A stretch of DNA of 64,000 nucleotides from Nitrospirota bacterium. Its GTDB lineage: Bacteria; Nitrospirota; UBA9217. Positions 50,998 to 60,298 of the stretch are shown here, piece by piece. The DNA is taken from contig OY760142.1 of the NCBI GenBank assembly GCA_963663225.1, positions 2,016,001-2,080,000 on the forward strand, read 5' to 3'. A program made the translations under genes and the position numbers. Each line of letters begins with the position of its first letter. Position 1 is the stretch's first letter. The notes under the pieces were generated by a model that worked only from the letters and a program-made list of their open reading frames with translations, did not search any database and had not been told where the DNA came from.

Positions 50998-51175
50998 AAA
51001 GGGAAGCTTTTCGGTAGACTATAGAAAAAAGAAAGGCATTGCAAGAAGAAAATACGAAAGTATTCGTGCATTAAATTGCATTTTATAACATTTTTTTATG
51101 AGTGCCAGAAGAAGATTTATTTTGTGCCGTTGCCAATTAGCAAAGGCTTAAAGAAAAATTCGCAGCATGTAGAAA

Positions 51176-51203
51176 TAAAAAAAGCGCCTCATGTCTGAGG
51201 CGC
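51176..51203 (-). terminator. Rho-independent terminator of the DEAD-box helicase gene
   Basis: GCGCCTCA-N4-TGAGGCGC followed by a T-run on the minus strand. Confidence 0.75.
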
Positions 51204-51230
51204 CATGTAATTTATTCTATAGTAGTGGAG

Positions 51231-52631
51231 TTATGCCCACCGTGAGCGACGATTCGAGCCTGCTTCGTTGAATCTGGCCGGTTTGCCGCTGTTCTTCTTC
51301 CCGTCCCAATGTTCCTTTTGAGCGAATCCAGTGCTCTGGTTCCTTTTTCCGGCAGGTTTCGCGTTAAAGGGTGACCGAGCGGAAGTGTGCTGGCCGTATT
51401 TTTTGCCGCTTGTTGCTCCCTGCCAACGTTTATTGGAGGATGGTCTTGACGATTTCGTTGTGTTTGCCGTGGTGGGGCGGCGCAGCGGCCGTGCGGGTTC
51501 CAGACCGGGGATTACCTGTTGGGGGATTGACTGGCCGATAAAACGTTCAATCTGGCGCAGGAAATCGATCTCTTTGTGTGAAGCGAAGGAGATGGCTATG
51601 CCGGTTGCTCCGGCCCGGCCTGTGCGGCCGATGCGGTGCACATAGTCCTCGGCATTTTTGGGCAGGTCATAGTTGATTACGTGCGTGATTCCCGACACAT
51701 CGAGGCCGCGCGCGGCCACGTCAGTTGCCACGAGCAGACGCACCCTGCCTCGGCGCATGTTCATAATGGTGCGGTTGCGCGCGTTCTGGCTCATATCGCC
51801 GTGGAGCGCCGCTGAAGCGTGCCCCTGTGCGGACAGCTCGCGTGCAAGCTGGTCTGCGTTTCGCTTGGTTCCCGAAAAGATGATGGCCTTGGTCATGCTG
51901 TCGTCAGAAATCAGATGCTTTAGCAGTTTGTTTTTGTGCTGCATGTCGTCCGCGGCGTGAAGGCGCTGTTCGATTGTTTCAAGCGTGGTTTTCTTTCCGG
52001 CGATTTCGATCCGCACCGGTTCTTTCAGAAGCCGTCGTGCGAGTTTTTCCATGACGGCATCCATGGTCGCCGTGAACATGAGCGTCTGGCGGGTGGCCGG
52101 AGTCGCCGCCGCGATGGTGTCTACGGCCTCGCTGAATCCCATATCGAGCATGCGGTCGGCTTCGTCGAGTATCAGAATTTCAAGACGTGAAAAATCAATT
52201 CTGCCGCTTTCCATATGGTCGATGAGACGGCCGGGAGTTGCCACGATCAGATCCACGGGCTGTGATAGCAGCCGCTGCTGCTCGAAATAGGGCATACCGC
52301 CGAGAATGGCGCCGCTTCGGATGCGCATGAATCTGCCATAAGTCTTGACCGCATCAGTGACCTGGTTCGCCAGTTCGCGGGTTGGCGTGAGTACCAGCAC
52401 GCGGGGTCCCTTAGATTTTTTTGGTGCTGTAGAAAATTTGGACAGGCGCTGAAGCGAGGGAAGCACGAACGCGGCGGTTTTGCCGGTTCCTGTCTGCGCG
52501 GTGGCGATCAGGTCGTGCCCTGCCAGCGCCTCCGGAATGGCTTGTGCCTGGACCGGGGTCGGCGTGGTGTAACCGCAGAGGTTTACTGCTTTTAAAATCG
52601 GTGCTGCGAGCTGCAAATTTGAAAAAGACAT
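51231..52631 (-). CDS. DEAD-box RNA helicase (RhlE-like)
   Basis: Q motif, AQTGTGKT, PTRELA, TPGRL, DEAD, TAT (motif III variant), ARGLD, HRIGRTGR; basic tail. Confidence 0.95.
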   Translation of the reverse strand: MSFSNLQLAAPILKAVNLCGYTTPTPVQAQAIPEALAGHDLIATAQTGTGKTAAFVLPSLQRLSKFSTAPKKSKGPRVLVLTPTRELANQVTDAVKTYGRFMRIRSGAILGGMPYFEQQRLLSQPVDLIVATPGRLIDHMESGRIDFSRLEILILDEADRMLDMGFSEAVDTIAAATPATRQTLMFTATMDAVMEKLARRLLKEPVRIEIAGKKTTLETIEQRLHAADDMQHKNKLLKHLISDDSMTKAIIFSGTKRNADQLARELSAQGHASAALHGDMSQNARNRTIMNMRRGRVRLLVATDVAARGLDVSGITHVINYDLPKNAEDYVHRIGRTGRAGATGIAISFASHKEIDFLRQIERFIGQSIPQQVIPGLEPARPLRRPTTANTTKSSRPSSNKRWQGATSGKKYGQHTSARSPFNAKPAGKRNQSTGFAQKEHWDGKKNSGKPARFNEAGSNRRSRWA

Positions 52632-53008
52632 ACTACTCCTTTGATTTCACGGTTTGGGCGTGATACGTCCTGTACCGTGAATCCGGTAAAAGGTTTGCGT
52701 GCGGACCGCAGAAACACCCGTGTGTTCCTGAAACGTAGACGGCGCCAGCACAAATATGACCGGCATAACAGCATCGTTCGCCAACCATATGTACTGCCGC
52801 AATTTCAGAGTGGGAGCTGAAAGCAAGGGGGGTCAGAGATCGATGATTATGAAGGGCAGGAAGATGGTGACGCGTAAATGTACTTCAGTCAAATCCTGCC
52901 GCATTGTTAAACAGTCGGCGTGCATAATACACGGTTATTTGAAAATAGCAAGTTATTTTTTTCCCAAAAAGTGCAGCACAGAGAAACGGATGTCCGGATC
53001 CCGGAATA

Positions 53009-54013
53009 TTACAAGGGCATGCCGGCTTTGGGGTTCAGGTCAAGAGGGGAGGATTCTCCGCGCTTGAAGCGAAGATATCCCGCCAGCGCGATCATGGCCG
53101 CATTGTCAACGCACAAACTCATGCCGGGAAGGTACAACGTTGCCTTCTGCTTCATCGATTCTTCTTTCATTCTGCTTCTGAGCAGGCTGTTTGCGGCCAC
53201 GCCGCCCGCAACTACGATCTTGTCCACTCCGGTTTCCCGGACGGCCTGCATGGTTTTGCTGACCAGCGTGTCTACCACCGCGGTCTGAAAACTTGCGGCA
53301 ACGTCATTGATGTGCAGACGCGGATCTATGCCGTGGTCTTTGCTCATAAACAAGGCGATATGGTTTCGGACGGCTGTTTTAAGGCCGCTGAAACTGAAGT
53401 CATACCCTTCGAGGTGGCCGCGCGGGAACTGTATTGCCTGCGGATTTCCCTCTCTTGCCAGACGGTCGAGCACCGGACCTCCGGGATATTCGAGGTTCAG
53501 GAGCTTTGCGACTTTGTCATAGGCCTCACCCGCGGCATCGTCTCTTGTCTGGCCGAGCATGCGGTAGTCGCCCAATTGCTTTACATGGTAGATGGCTGTG
53601 TGGCCGCCTGAAACAAGCAGAGCAAGGTAGGGATAACCGATTTTCGGATATTCTATGTGGGCCGCAAGGATGTGGCCTTCGCCGTGATGGACACCGATCA
53701 GCGGAATTCCCTGAGCATAGGCAATGGCTTTCGCAGCAGACACACCCACGAGCAGCGCGCCGATGAGTCCCGGCGCATGCGTGACAGCAACGAGCCCGAT
53801 TTCACCGAGAGAGACGTTTGCTGCGGCAAGCGCCTCGCGGATGACAGGCATCAGATTTTTGAGGTGCTCGCGTGAAGCAAGCTCGGGGACTACGCCGCCG
53901 TATTTCTTATGAATGGAGATTTGCGAGGAAACAATGTTCGACAGGACGCTTTCATCGCGGAGGACGGCGGCCGCTGTTTCATCGCAGGAAGTTTCTATTC
54001 CGAGGGTGAGCAT
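53009..54013 (-). CDS. tsaD: tRNA N6-adenosine threonylcarbamoyltransferase
   Basis: GIETSCDET, GGVVPELASREH, HHGEGH, VSGGHT, DDAAGEAYDK, FSFSGLKT, DNAAMI. Confidence 0.97.
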   Translation of the reverse strand: MLTLGIETSCDETAAAVLRDESVLSNIVSSQISIHKKYGGVVPELASREHLKNLMPVIREALAAANVSLGEIGLVAVTHAPGLIGALLVGVSAAKAIAYAQGIPLIGVHHGEGHILAAHIEYPKIGYPYLALLVSGGHTAIYHVKQLGDYRMLGQTRDDAAGEAYDKVAKLLNLEYPGGPVLDRLAREGNPQAIQFPRGHLEGYDFSFSGLKTAVRNHIALFMSKDHGIDPRLHINDVAASFQTAVVDTLVSKTMQAVRETGVDKIVVAGGVAANSLLRSRMKEESMKQKATLYLPGMSLCVDNAAMIALAGYLRFKRGESSPLDLNPKAGMPL

Positions 54014-54065
54014 GAAATACTCGATTCAGGACACCGGAGTCTGAGACTGCATTCTGGATTCCGCA

Positions 54066-55064
54066 TCAATTGACTATTCTTGATACCGGCACGACTTCGA
54101 TGCCGTGATTTCCGGCTTCGGCAAGCCACTTCCGCAGTTCGTTGATTGTCGCCGGGTGAGGATGGCCTATCCCGATTGCTTTGCCGTGTTTTTTTGCAAC
54201 GTCGGTCAATTCCTCAAATTGCTTCCGTATGTAGGCGGAATTATCCCCCTCGTTGTCGAGGAAGACATCTCGTTTTGCGGTCTTCAGGCCGAATTCCTTC
54301 GCCGTGGCGTAGGCGACGCTTCCGGCGCTTATCAGGCTGTCGAGAAAGAAAAGGTTGCGGGCCTTCAATTCCGCCATGAGAAATTTCATTGCTTCTTTGT
54401 TTTCCGTAAGCGATGAACCTTCGTGGTTGTTCACGCCGATTGCGCCCGGCACGGACCCCAGATCGCTGCTGAGCGTGTTCAGAAACTCCATGGGGGTCAT
54501 GTCGGAGCGCAGCATTCCGGGCGCCGGTTTTCCGTTTTTGCCTCGGTATTCCATGGGCAGATGCAGCAGAACTTCTCGTCCATTTTGCGCGGCAAGGTCG
54601 GCTATTTTCTTTGAATGCGTCAGTCCGGGCATGATTGCCATGGTGACTTTGGCGCGCAAAACCACAATGTCCTGCGCCTGCTTCATGTCCTGCCCAAGAT
54701 CGTCAATGACGATCGCGACTAGTGTAGTTTTTGTTTTCACTTGTGGTTTGGGTATAGCGGCTTCAACTGATTTTTCAGACGCAGCTTTTGTTTTTATCTG
54801 CGGTTTGGGTGAAGTGATCTCAGCAGGTTTCTCAGGTTTTTTGAGTTCCTTCTTAGATTGTTTTTCAGTTTTTTTCTGGGAAGGTTCCTGCTTTTGTGCT
54901 TGCACGGCCGCTTTTTTCTCTTCCGTGACGCGGCTGCTGCGCAGCGGGCCCCAGAGGATCAGTGCGATGGCTATTACTGCAACAATAATTCCTGCGATGA
55001 TGTAGCGTTCCGCCCTGTTTTTTTTGCCGAAGGTCTTTCGCTTTGTGGGTGATTTTTTAGCCAT
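54066..55064 (-). CDS. Divergent polysaccharide deacetylase family protein (YibQ-like), membrane anchored
   Basis: Basic N-tail, TM helix, Lys/Pro/Glu linker; AIVIDDLG, HLPME, NNHEGS, RDVFLDN, IGHPH. Confidence 0.9.
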   Translation of the reverse strand: MAKKSPTKRKTFGKKNRAERYIIAGIIVAVIAIALILWGPLRSSRVTEEKKAAVQAQKQEPSQKKTEKQSKKELKKPEKPAEITSPKPQIKTKAASEKSVEAAIPKPQVKTKTTLVAIVIDDLGQDMKQAQDIVVLRAKVTMAIMPGLTHSKKIADLAAQNGREVLLHLPMEYRGKNGKPAPGMLRSDMTPMEFLNTLSSDLGSVPGAIGVNNHEGSSLTENKEAMKFLMAELKARNLFFLDSLISAGSVAYATAKEFGLKTAKRDVFLDNEGDNSAYIRKQFEELTDVAKKHGKAIGIGHPHPATINELRKWLAEAGNHGIEVVPVSRIVN

Positions 55065-55261
55065 GGCACAGTTTATATACAATATTGCGTTAAAAAAGGC
55101 CAGAGATTTTTTAGTTCCGTGCCGTAGCCGATTCGATTCCGGAGAAGGAACGGCGCTTTTTGTCTTGACTAACCTCTGAGCGGTTCTTATAATCAAATTT
55201 ACACCGGCGAAGCACCCTCTGCCGGCGCTTTGTGACTGAACGGAGGTCGGGTTAACCGCAT

Positions 55262-56290
55262 ATGAGTTTTGAGTACGTACGACAAATTCCAAAAGCAAAA
55301 GAAATCCTGGCGAAATTACCGCTGCCCGCGGATTTGAAAAAAATCAAAGCTGCGCGGGACAGGGAAATTTTCGGTGTCCTTACCGGCGCCGTAAACAAGT
55401 TGCTGCTGATCATCGGCCCGTGTTCTGCCCATGACGAAGACGCGGTGTGTGATTATATCGGCCGGCTTGCGAAGATGCAGGACGAGGTGCGAGACAAACT
55501 GATCCTCATTCCCCGGATATATACGAACAAACCGCGCACGACCGGCGTCGGATACAAAGGCATGGCGCACCAGCCGGACCCTCGGAGAGAGCCGAACATC
55601 GTCGAAGGGATCACCGCAATCAGGACAATGCATATCCGCGCGCTCAGGGAATCCCATCTTGCGGCGGCGGACGAGATGCTTTATCCCAACAACTACGCGT
55701 ATCTTGAAGACCTGCTCAGCTATGTTGCCATCGGAGCGCGCTCGGTGGAGAACCAGCAGCACCGGCTCACCTGCAGCGGCCTGGAAATTCCCGTGGGCAT
55801 GAAGAACCCCACAAGCGGCGATATCGAAGTGATGTTCAATGCGGTTCATGCGTCACAGGCCCCACACACATTCGTCTACACGGGGTGGGAAGTGAAAACG
55901 TCGGGCAACCCGCTTACTCATTGCATTCTCAGGGGAGCAGTGAACCAGTTTGGCCAGAGCATTCCGAACTATCATTTTGAAGATCTGATTATGGTGGCAA
56001 AGGGCTATGCAAAACGGAATTTTTCGAATCCTGCGATTATTGTGGACACGAACCACGCGAATTCGAACAAACAGTACAAGGAGCAGCCGCGCATTGCCAA
56101 GGAAGTGATGCAAAGCCGGATGCATTCTGAAATTCTCAGAAAAGCGGTAAAAGGATTCATGATCGAAAGCTTCATCGATGAGGGGGCGCAAAAAGCGACT
56201 GAGAACGTGTATGGAAAATCCATTACCGACCCGTGCCTCGGCTGGAAGGACAGCGAAAAACTTATCAGAAGGATCGCCGAGCTGGCATAG
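55262..56290 (+). CDS. aroF: DAHP synthase class I (AroF/G/H type)
   Basis: IGPCS, KPRTT, IGARS, GMKNPT, ILRG, DTNHANS, SITDPCLGW. Confidence 0.92.
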   Translation: MSFEYVRQIPKAKEILAKLPLPADLKKIKAARDREIFGVLTGAVNKLLLIIGPCSAHDEDAVCDYIGRLAKMQDEVRDKLILIPRIYTNKPRTTGVGYKGMAHQPDPRREPNIVEGITAIRTMHIRALRESHLAAADEMLYPNNYAYLEDLLSYVAIGARSVENQQHRLTCSGLEIPVGMKNPTSGDIEVMFNAVHASQAPHTFVYTGWEVKTSGNPLTHCILRGAVNQFGQSIPNYHFEDLIMVAKGYAKRNFSNPAIIVDTNHANSNKQYKEQPRIAKEVMQSRMHSEILRKAVKGFMIESFIDEGAQKATENVYGKSITDPCLGWKDSEKLIRRIAELA

Positions 56291-56316
56291 ACCGCGCGGA
56301 GCCGCTGGGAAATATC

Positions 56317-56949
56317 ATGGAACTTTTTGACGCACTGCAGGGCAGGAGAAGCATCCGCCGGTTTAAACAGATCCCGGTGTCGGACGAAGACATCATGAAA
56401 ATCCTCGACGCGGGGAGACACGCACCAAGCGCGAACAACTCCCAGCCGTGGAGCTTTCTGGTCATCAAAGACCGCGCATTGCTCGGCAGGATGGCCGAGG
56501 CGGTGCGAACGATGGTTGATTCAATGCTGCCTTTTGCGGAAAGCGAAAAACAGCGTGCGCGGCTGGCGGCATATAGAAACACGTTTTACACGTTTTTTGA
56601 AAACGCGCCGCTTGTGATTGCTGTGTTCATGGAGCCGCACGACGCCGGAACCGACACCGTGCTCGGAAAGATGGGCTACACTCCGGCGAATATCATGCGG
56701 CTCAGACCCCTGCCCGGACTGCAGAGCGTCTCTGCCGCGGTTCAGAACATGCTTCTTGCCATCCATGCTCTTGGATACGGTTCCTGCTGGATGACGGGGC
56801 CGCTTGTTGCGCAAGAGGCATTCGAAAAGCTGCTCGGCTACGGAAAGGAACGGTCTATCGTGGCGCTCCTGCCGGTCGGCGTGCCTGATGAAAATCCCCC
56901 TGCCGGAAACAGAAAACCGTTGGAAGGGATTGTGCAAATAAAGGAATAG
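56317..56949 (+). CDS. Nitroreductase family protein
   Basis: RRSIRRF, APSANNSQPW, QNMLLA..LGYGSCW. Confidence 0.9.
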   Translation: MELFDALQGRRSIRRFKQIPVSDEDIMKILDAGRHAPSANNSQPWSFLVIKDRALLGRMAEAVRTMVDSMLPFAESEKQRARLAAYRNTFYTFFENAPLVIAVFMEPHDAGTDTVLGKMGYTPANIMRLRPLPGLQSVSAAVQNMLLAIHALGYGSCWMTGPLVAQEAFEKLLGYGKERSIVALLPVGVPDENPPAGNRKPLEGIVQIKE

Positions 56950-56985
56950 CCGTTTTTGCCTCTGATTGTGTATCAGCGATGAAAG

Positions 56986-57756
56986 ATGACAATGTCTGAA
57001 CCGTATCTCCACTGCAATACTCCCGGCTGCAAAGGATTTCCTCAAGCGATCAGCGCAAATACCGCACGCGCTCTTGTGGAATACCGGCTGCAATACAACC
57101 ATAAATATGTTTTGCGGCTGCCGTGCCCGGCTTGCAAAAAAACTGCAACGTATACCGATGAGCAGATTCTCGGCCTGATTGCCCCGGAAAAGCGGCCGCA
57201 GCCGCTGCCTCATGATCACTTCTGGGCATATATGCTGTTTGACCTGGAATCATGGAAGAGCACGGACCACCGCGCTCAACTGGGCGGACGGGTGCTTGTG
57301 CAGCTGTTGACAAACGAGCCGGGAGGGACGTGGTACGGCATTCTCAAATCGACGTCTCCCTATGCGCCGACGTTGAAGATCGGAAACTACATCAAGGGGA
57401 AACCGCGCGGCAGATATGAGATATGTCTTTCCGTGATCGAGGGCGAAAAGACGGTTCCCATACCCAAACCCTCCCAGATACCGAAAGCCAGCAGCTTCGG
57501 ATTGTTTGTATCGCCAAAAAACAACGAGGAAGAACTTCAGTGCGCGAACATTTTCTGCAGCAATCCGTCCTGCCATCATATTTACAGCACGATGACCTAC
57601 AGAAAGTTCAGCGGGTTGATTCTCAGAGAGCAGCTGGATGAAGACGCATATGATGAAGTAACGCTGCAGCCGACCATAAAACTGGCATGTCCTGTTTGCG
57701 GCACGGAGCGGGTGATTGACGAAAGTTCGTTTGAAGGTCTTTACAAGGAGGAATAA
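56986..57756 (+). CDS. Hypothetical protein with two zinc-ribbon-like modules
   Basis: CNTPGC...CPAC at the N-terminus and CSNPSC...CPVC at the C-terminus. Confidence 0.7.
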   Translation: MTMSEPYLHCNTPGCKGFPQAISANTARALVEYRLQYNHKYVLRLPCPACKKTATYTDEQILGLIAPEKRPQPLPHDHFWAYMLFDLESWKSTDHRAQLGGRVLVQLLTNEPGGTWYGILKSTSPYAPTLKIGNYIKGKPRGRYEICLSVIEGEKTVPIPKPSQIPKASSFGLFVSPKNNEEELQCANIFCSNPSCHHIYSTMTYRKFSGLILREQLDEDAYDEVTLQPTIKLACPVCGTERVIDESSFEGLYKEE

Positions 57757-57781
57757 ACGGAGTCCCGGAGTCGGGTATTCT

Positions 57782-59035
57782 TCATTCCTCCGGGCATTCC
57801 CCCGGTCCGGTGGTTATCTCCGCTGATATTTCCGTTCCCTTCGGAATCACTACTATGCCGGAAGGCGTGACAAAGTAGTGCTTTCGGTCTTCGGCAATGT
57901 TGCAGCCGATCCGGGAACACGAGGGGATCGTGACATCCTTGTCGATGATGGCGCGTCGGATTACGCAGTGTCTGCCGATATCCACGTTTTCCATGAGAAT
58001 GGAATCATGCACTTCGGCATAGCTGTTGATGCGTACGTTCGGCGACAGTACCGAGTTCTGCACGCGACCGCCGCTTATGATGCTCCCGTGCGACACGATG
58101 GAGTCGAGGGCCATGCCGAGCCGCCCCCCTTTCTTTTCCTGCGCAAACACGAATTTCACGGGAGGATTCTGCGCTTGGTAGGTGCGGATGGGCCAAGCAT
58201 TGTCATAAAGATTCAACAGCGGGTCCACGCTCACCAGATCCATGTTTGCTTCCCAGTAAGCATCGATGGTTCCGACGTCCCGCCAGTATTTCGCCTCTTT
58301 CTTGTTCTCATCTTTGAAATTGTATGTGTAGACGCGTGATGTTTTCATCATTTGCGGAATGATGTTTTTGCCGAAGTCATGGGCCGTGTCCTGAAGGGCG
58401 TCGAACTTCAGGTGCTCGAGCACTGTTTTTGTATTGAAGAGGTAAATGCCCATGGACGCAAATGCCATATCAGGACGGCCCGGAATATGTTTCGGTTCCC
58501 GGGGTTTTTCTTCGAAACCGACAATGCGGCAGTCCTCATCTATTTCAATGACGCCGAACGCCGCGGCTGCCGATTTCGGAATTTCAATGGCCGCCACGGT
58601 GGCGTCCGCACGCTTGTCATTGTGGAACTGGAGCATTTCAGAATAATCCATCTTGTAAATGTGATCGCCTGCCAGCACAAGCAAATATTCCGGGTCATCC
58701 TTTTCGATCATGTAGATGTTCTGATAAATGGCATCGGCCGTTCCCTGATACCATTTTTCTCCGACCCGTTGCTGGGGTGGAATGGAAATGACATATTCAT
58801 TCAAGTCTCCGGAGAACAGGTTCCAGGCGGTCCGTATATGCTTGTCCAGTGACAAGGATTTGTATTGAGGAAGTACGGCAATTCTTCTGATTCCGGAATT
58901 AATGCAGTTGGAAAGGCTGAAGTCGATGATCCTGTAGATACCGCCGAAAGGAACCGCCGGTTTTGCCCGGTGCATGGTAAGAGGGTGGAGCCTTTCTCCT
59001 TTTCCGCCTGCCAGAATCATTGCCAGAATATTCAT
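57782..59035 (-). CDS. glgC: Glucose-1-phosphate adenylyltransferase
   Basis: ILAGGKGERL, RAKPAVPFGG, YQGTADA, GDHIYKMDY, FEEKP, YWRDVGT. Confidence 0.96.
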   Translation of the reverse strand: MNILAMILAGGKGERLHPLTMHRAKPAVPFGGIYRIIDFSLSNCINSGIRRIAVLPQYKSLSLDKHIRTAWNLFSGDLNEYVISIPPQQRVGEKWYQGTADAIYQNIYMIEKDDPEYLLVLAGDHIYKMDYSEMLQFHNDKRADATVAAIEIPKSAAAAFGVIEIDEDCRIVGFEEKPREPKHIPGRPDMAFASMGIYLFNTKTVLEHLKFDALQDTAHDFGKNIIPQMMKTSRVYTYNFKDENKKEAKYWRDVGTIDAYWEANMDLVSVDPLLNLYDNAWPIRTYQAQNPPVKFVFAQEKKGGRLGMALDSIVSHGSIISGGRVQNSVLSPNVRINSYAEVHDSILMENVDIGRHCVIRRAIIDKDVTIPSCSRIGCNIAEDRKHYFVTPSGIVVIPKGTEISAEITTGPGECPEE

Positions 59036-59303
59036 AGAGATTCGCTCCTTTTCCGATAAGACGGCGCTCAATTTATTGTATCAAGCGCAGGAAGGTATGT
59101 CAAACAACCCGTTGAAAACAATCGGGAACTCATATGATGACTTGTTCTCGGCTGTATTGGTCTGTTGCCACCGCAATATCAATGGTAGTTGATTTTTTGT
59201 GGTTTTTCTGTCTTTATAGAGTATAATCCAAAGCAACAGCGATTTTTTTTCCGTGTAATTATCTGAAAAAATGTAAGTCACTTGAAGAGGCAGGGATAAC
59301 CGG

Positions 59304-59921
59304 ATGTATCAAGGCGAGCGCATGAACAGCATTACGCATTTAATCGGGGCAGTCCTTGCGGTTGCCGGTCTTGTCGTGTTGATTGCCTGTGCCGGACGGC
59401 AAGGTGATCCCTGGAAAATCGTCAGCTTCAGCATTTACGGGACCGCACTCGTGTTGTTGTATTTTTTTTCCACGCTGTACCACAGCACGCGGGGGACGAC
59501 CAAAAAAATCTTCCAGAAAATGGACCACAGCGCAATTTATCTGCTAATCGCGGGCAGTTATACCCCCTTCACGCTTGTCACCCTGCGGGGTGCCTGGGGG
59601 TGGTCGCTCTTCGGAATCGTTTGGGGGCTCGCGCTGGTCGGCATTGTTCAGGATGTTCTCGCAGGCAAGGGGAGGCGCGTTCTCTCTATTGCTATTTATC
59701 TGCTGATGGGCTGGCTCGTCGTTGTGGCGTTTCGTCCGCTTATGGATGCCTTGCCCGGAGCAGCCCTTATCTGGCTGGTTGCGGGAGGTCTTTTTTATAC
59801 TGCTGGGCTTCTCTTCTATATGTTGGACAAAAAAATGTCCTATGGTCATGAGATATTCCACCTCTTTGTCCTCGTCGGCAGCGCATGCCATTATTGTGTG
59901 ATTCTTTTTTACGTGGCCTGA
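59304..59921 (+). CDS. Hemolysin III/PAQR-family membrane protein
   Basis: ERMNSITH, STLYH, DHSAIYLLIAGSYTP, GGLFYT, HEIFHLFV. Confidence 0.93.
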   Translation: MYQGERMNSITHLIGAVLAVAGLVVLIACAGRQGDPWKIVSFSIYGTALVLLYFFSTLYHSTRGTTKKIFQKMDHSAIYLLIAGSYTPFTLVTLRGAWGWSLFGIVWGLALVGIVQDVLAGKGRRVLSIAIYLLMGWLVVVAFRPLMDALPGAALIWLVAGGLFYTAGLLFYMLDKKMSYGHEIFHLFVLVGSACHYCVILFYVA

Positions 59922-59940
59922 CCAGACTGCCGCTCTCCGC

Positions 59941-60039
59941 TGTGATTTGCATCACAGCGCTTTCCAAAAAAAAATTGTAAAATTTACTTGACATCCGTGC
60001 CTTTTTGTATATTATAGTTAGTATACTTATAATAACTAT
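59941..60039 (+). promoter_or_regulatory. pil operon promoter region: CRP-box-like site, -35 TTGACA, palindromic operator
   Basis: TGTGA-N6-TCACA at 59941-59956; TTGACA at 59988-59993; ATAGTTAGTATA-ct-TATAATAACTAT at 60014-60039. Confidence 0.55.
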
Positions 60040-60067
60040 TAACCATAGTATATGTAATGAGGGCACC

Positions 60068-60268
60068 ATGGCTACGCGCAAAACTCCGAAAAGCTATAAA
60101 ACTAATGAAATCTGCAACCGGTTTGATATTTCCCGGGCCACGCTGTTTCGCTGGGAAAGTGAAGGGCTTTTGACGGGTGTGGCGCGCGATTGGCGGGGCT
60201 GGAGAGTATACAACGAGGACAATTTAAAAGACATCGAAAAGATCATGAAGAACAAAAAAGCGGATTAA
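60068..60268 (+). CDS. Small MerR-type HTH DNA-binding protein
   Basis: EICNRFDISRATLFRWESEGLL...RDWRGWRVY; 66 aa with no effector domain. Confidence 0.8.
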   Translation: MATRKTPKSYKTNEICNRFDISRATLFRWESEGLLTGVARDWRGWRVYNEDNLKDIEKIMKNKKAD

Positions 60269-60298
60269 TTCGGCACACGGAAAAGCACTCGCGGAGTT

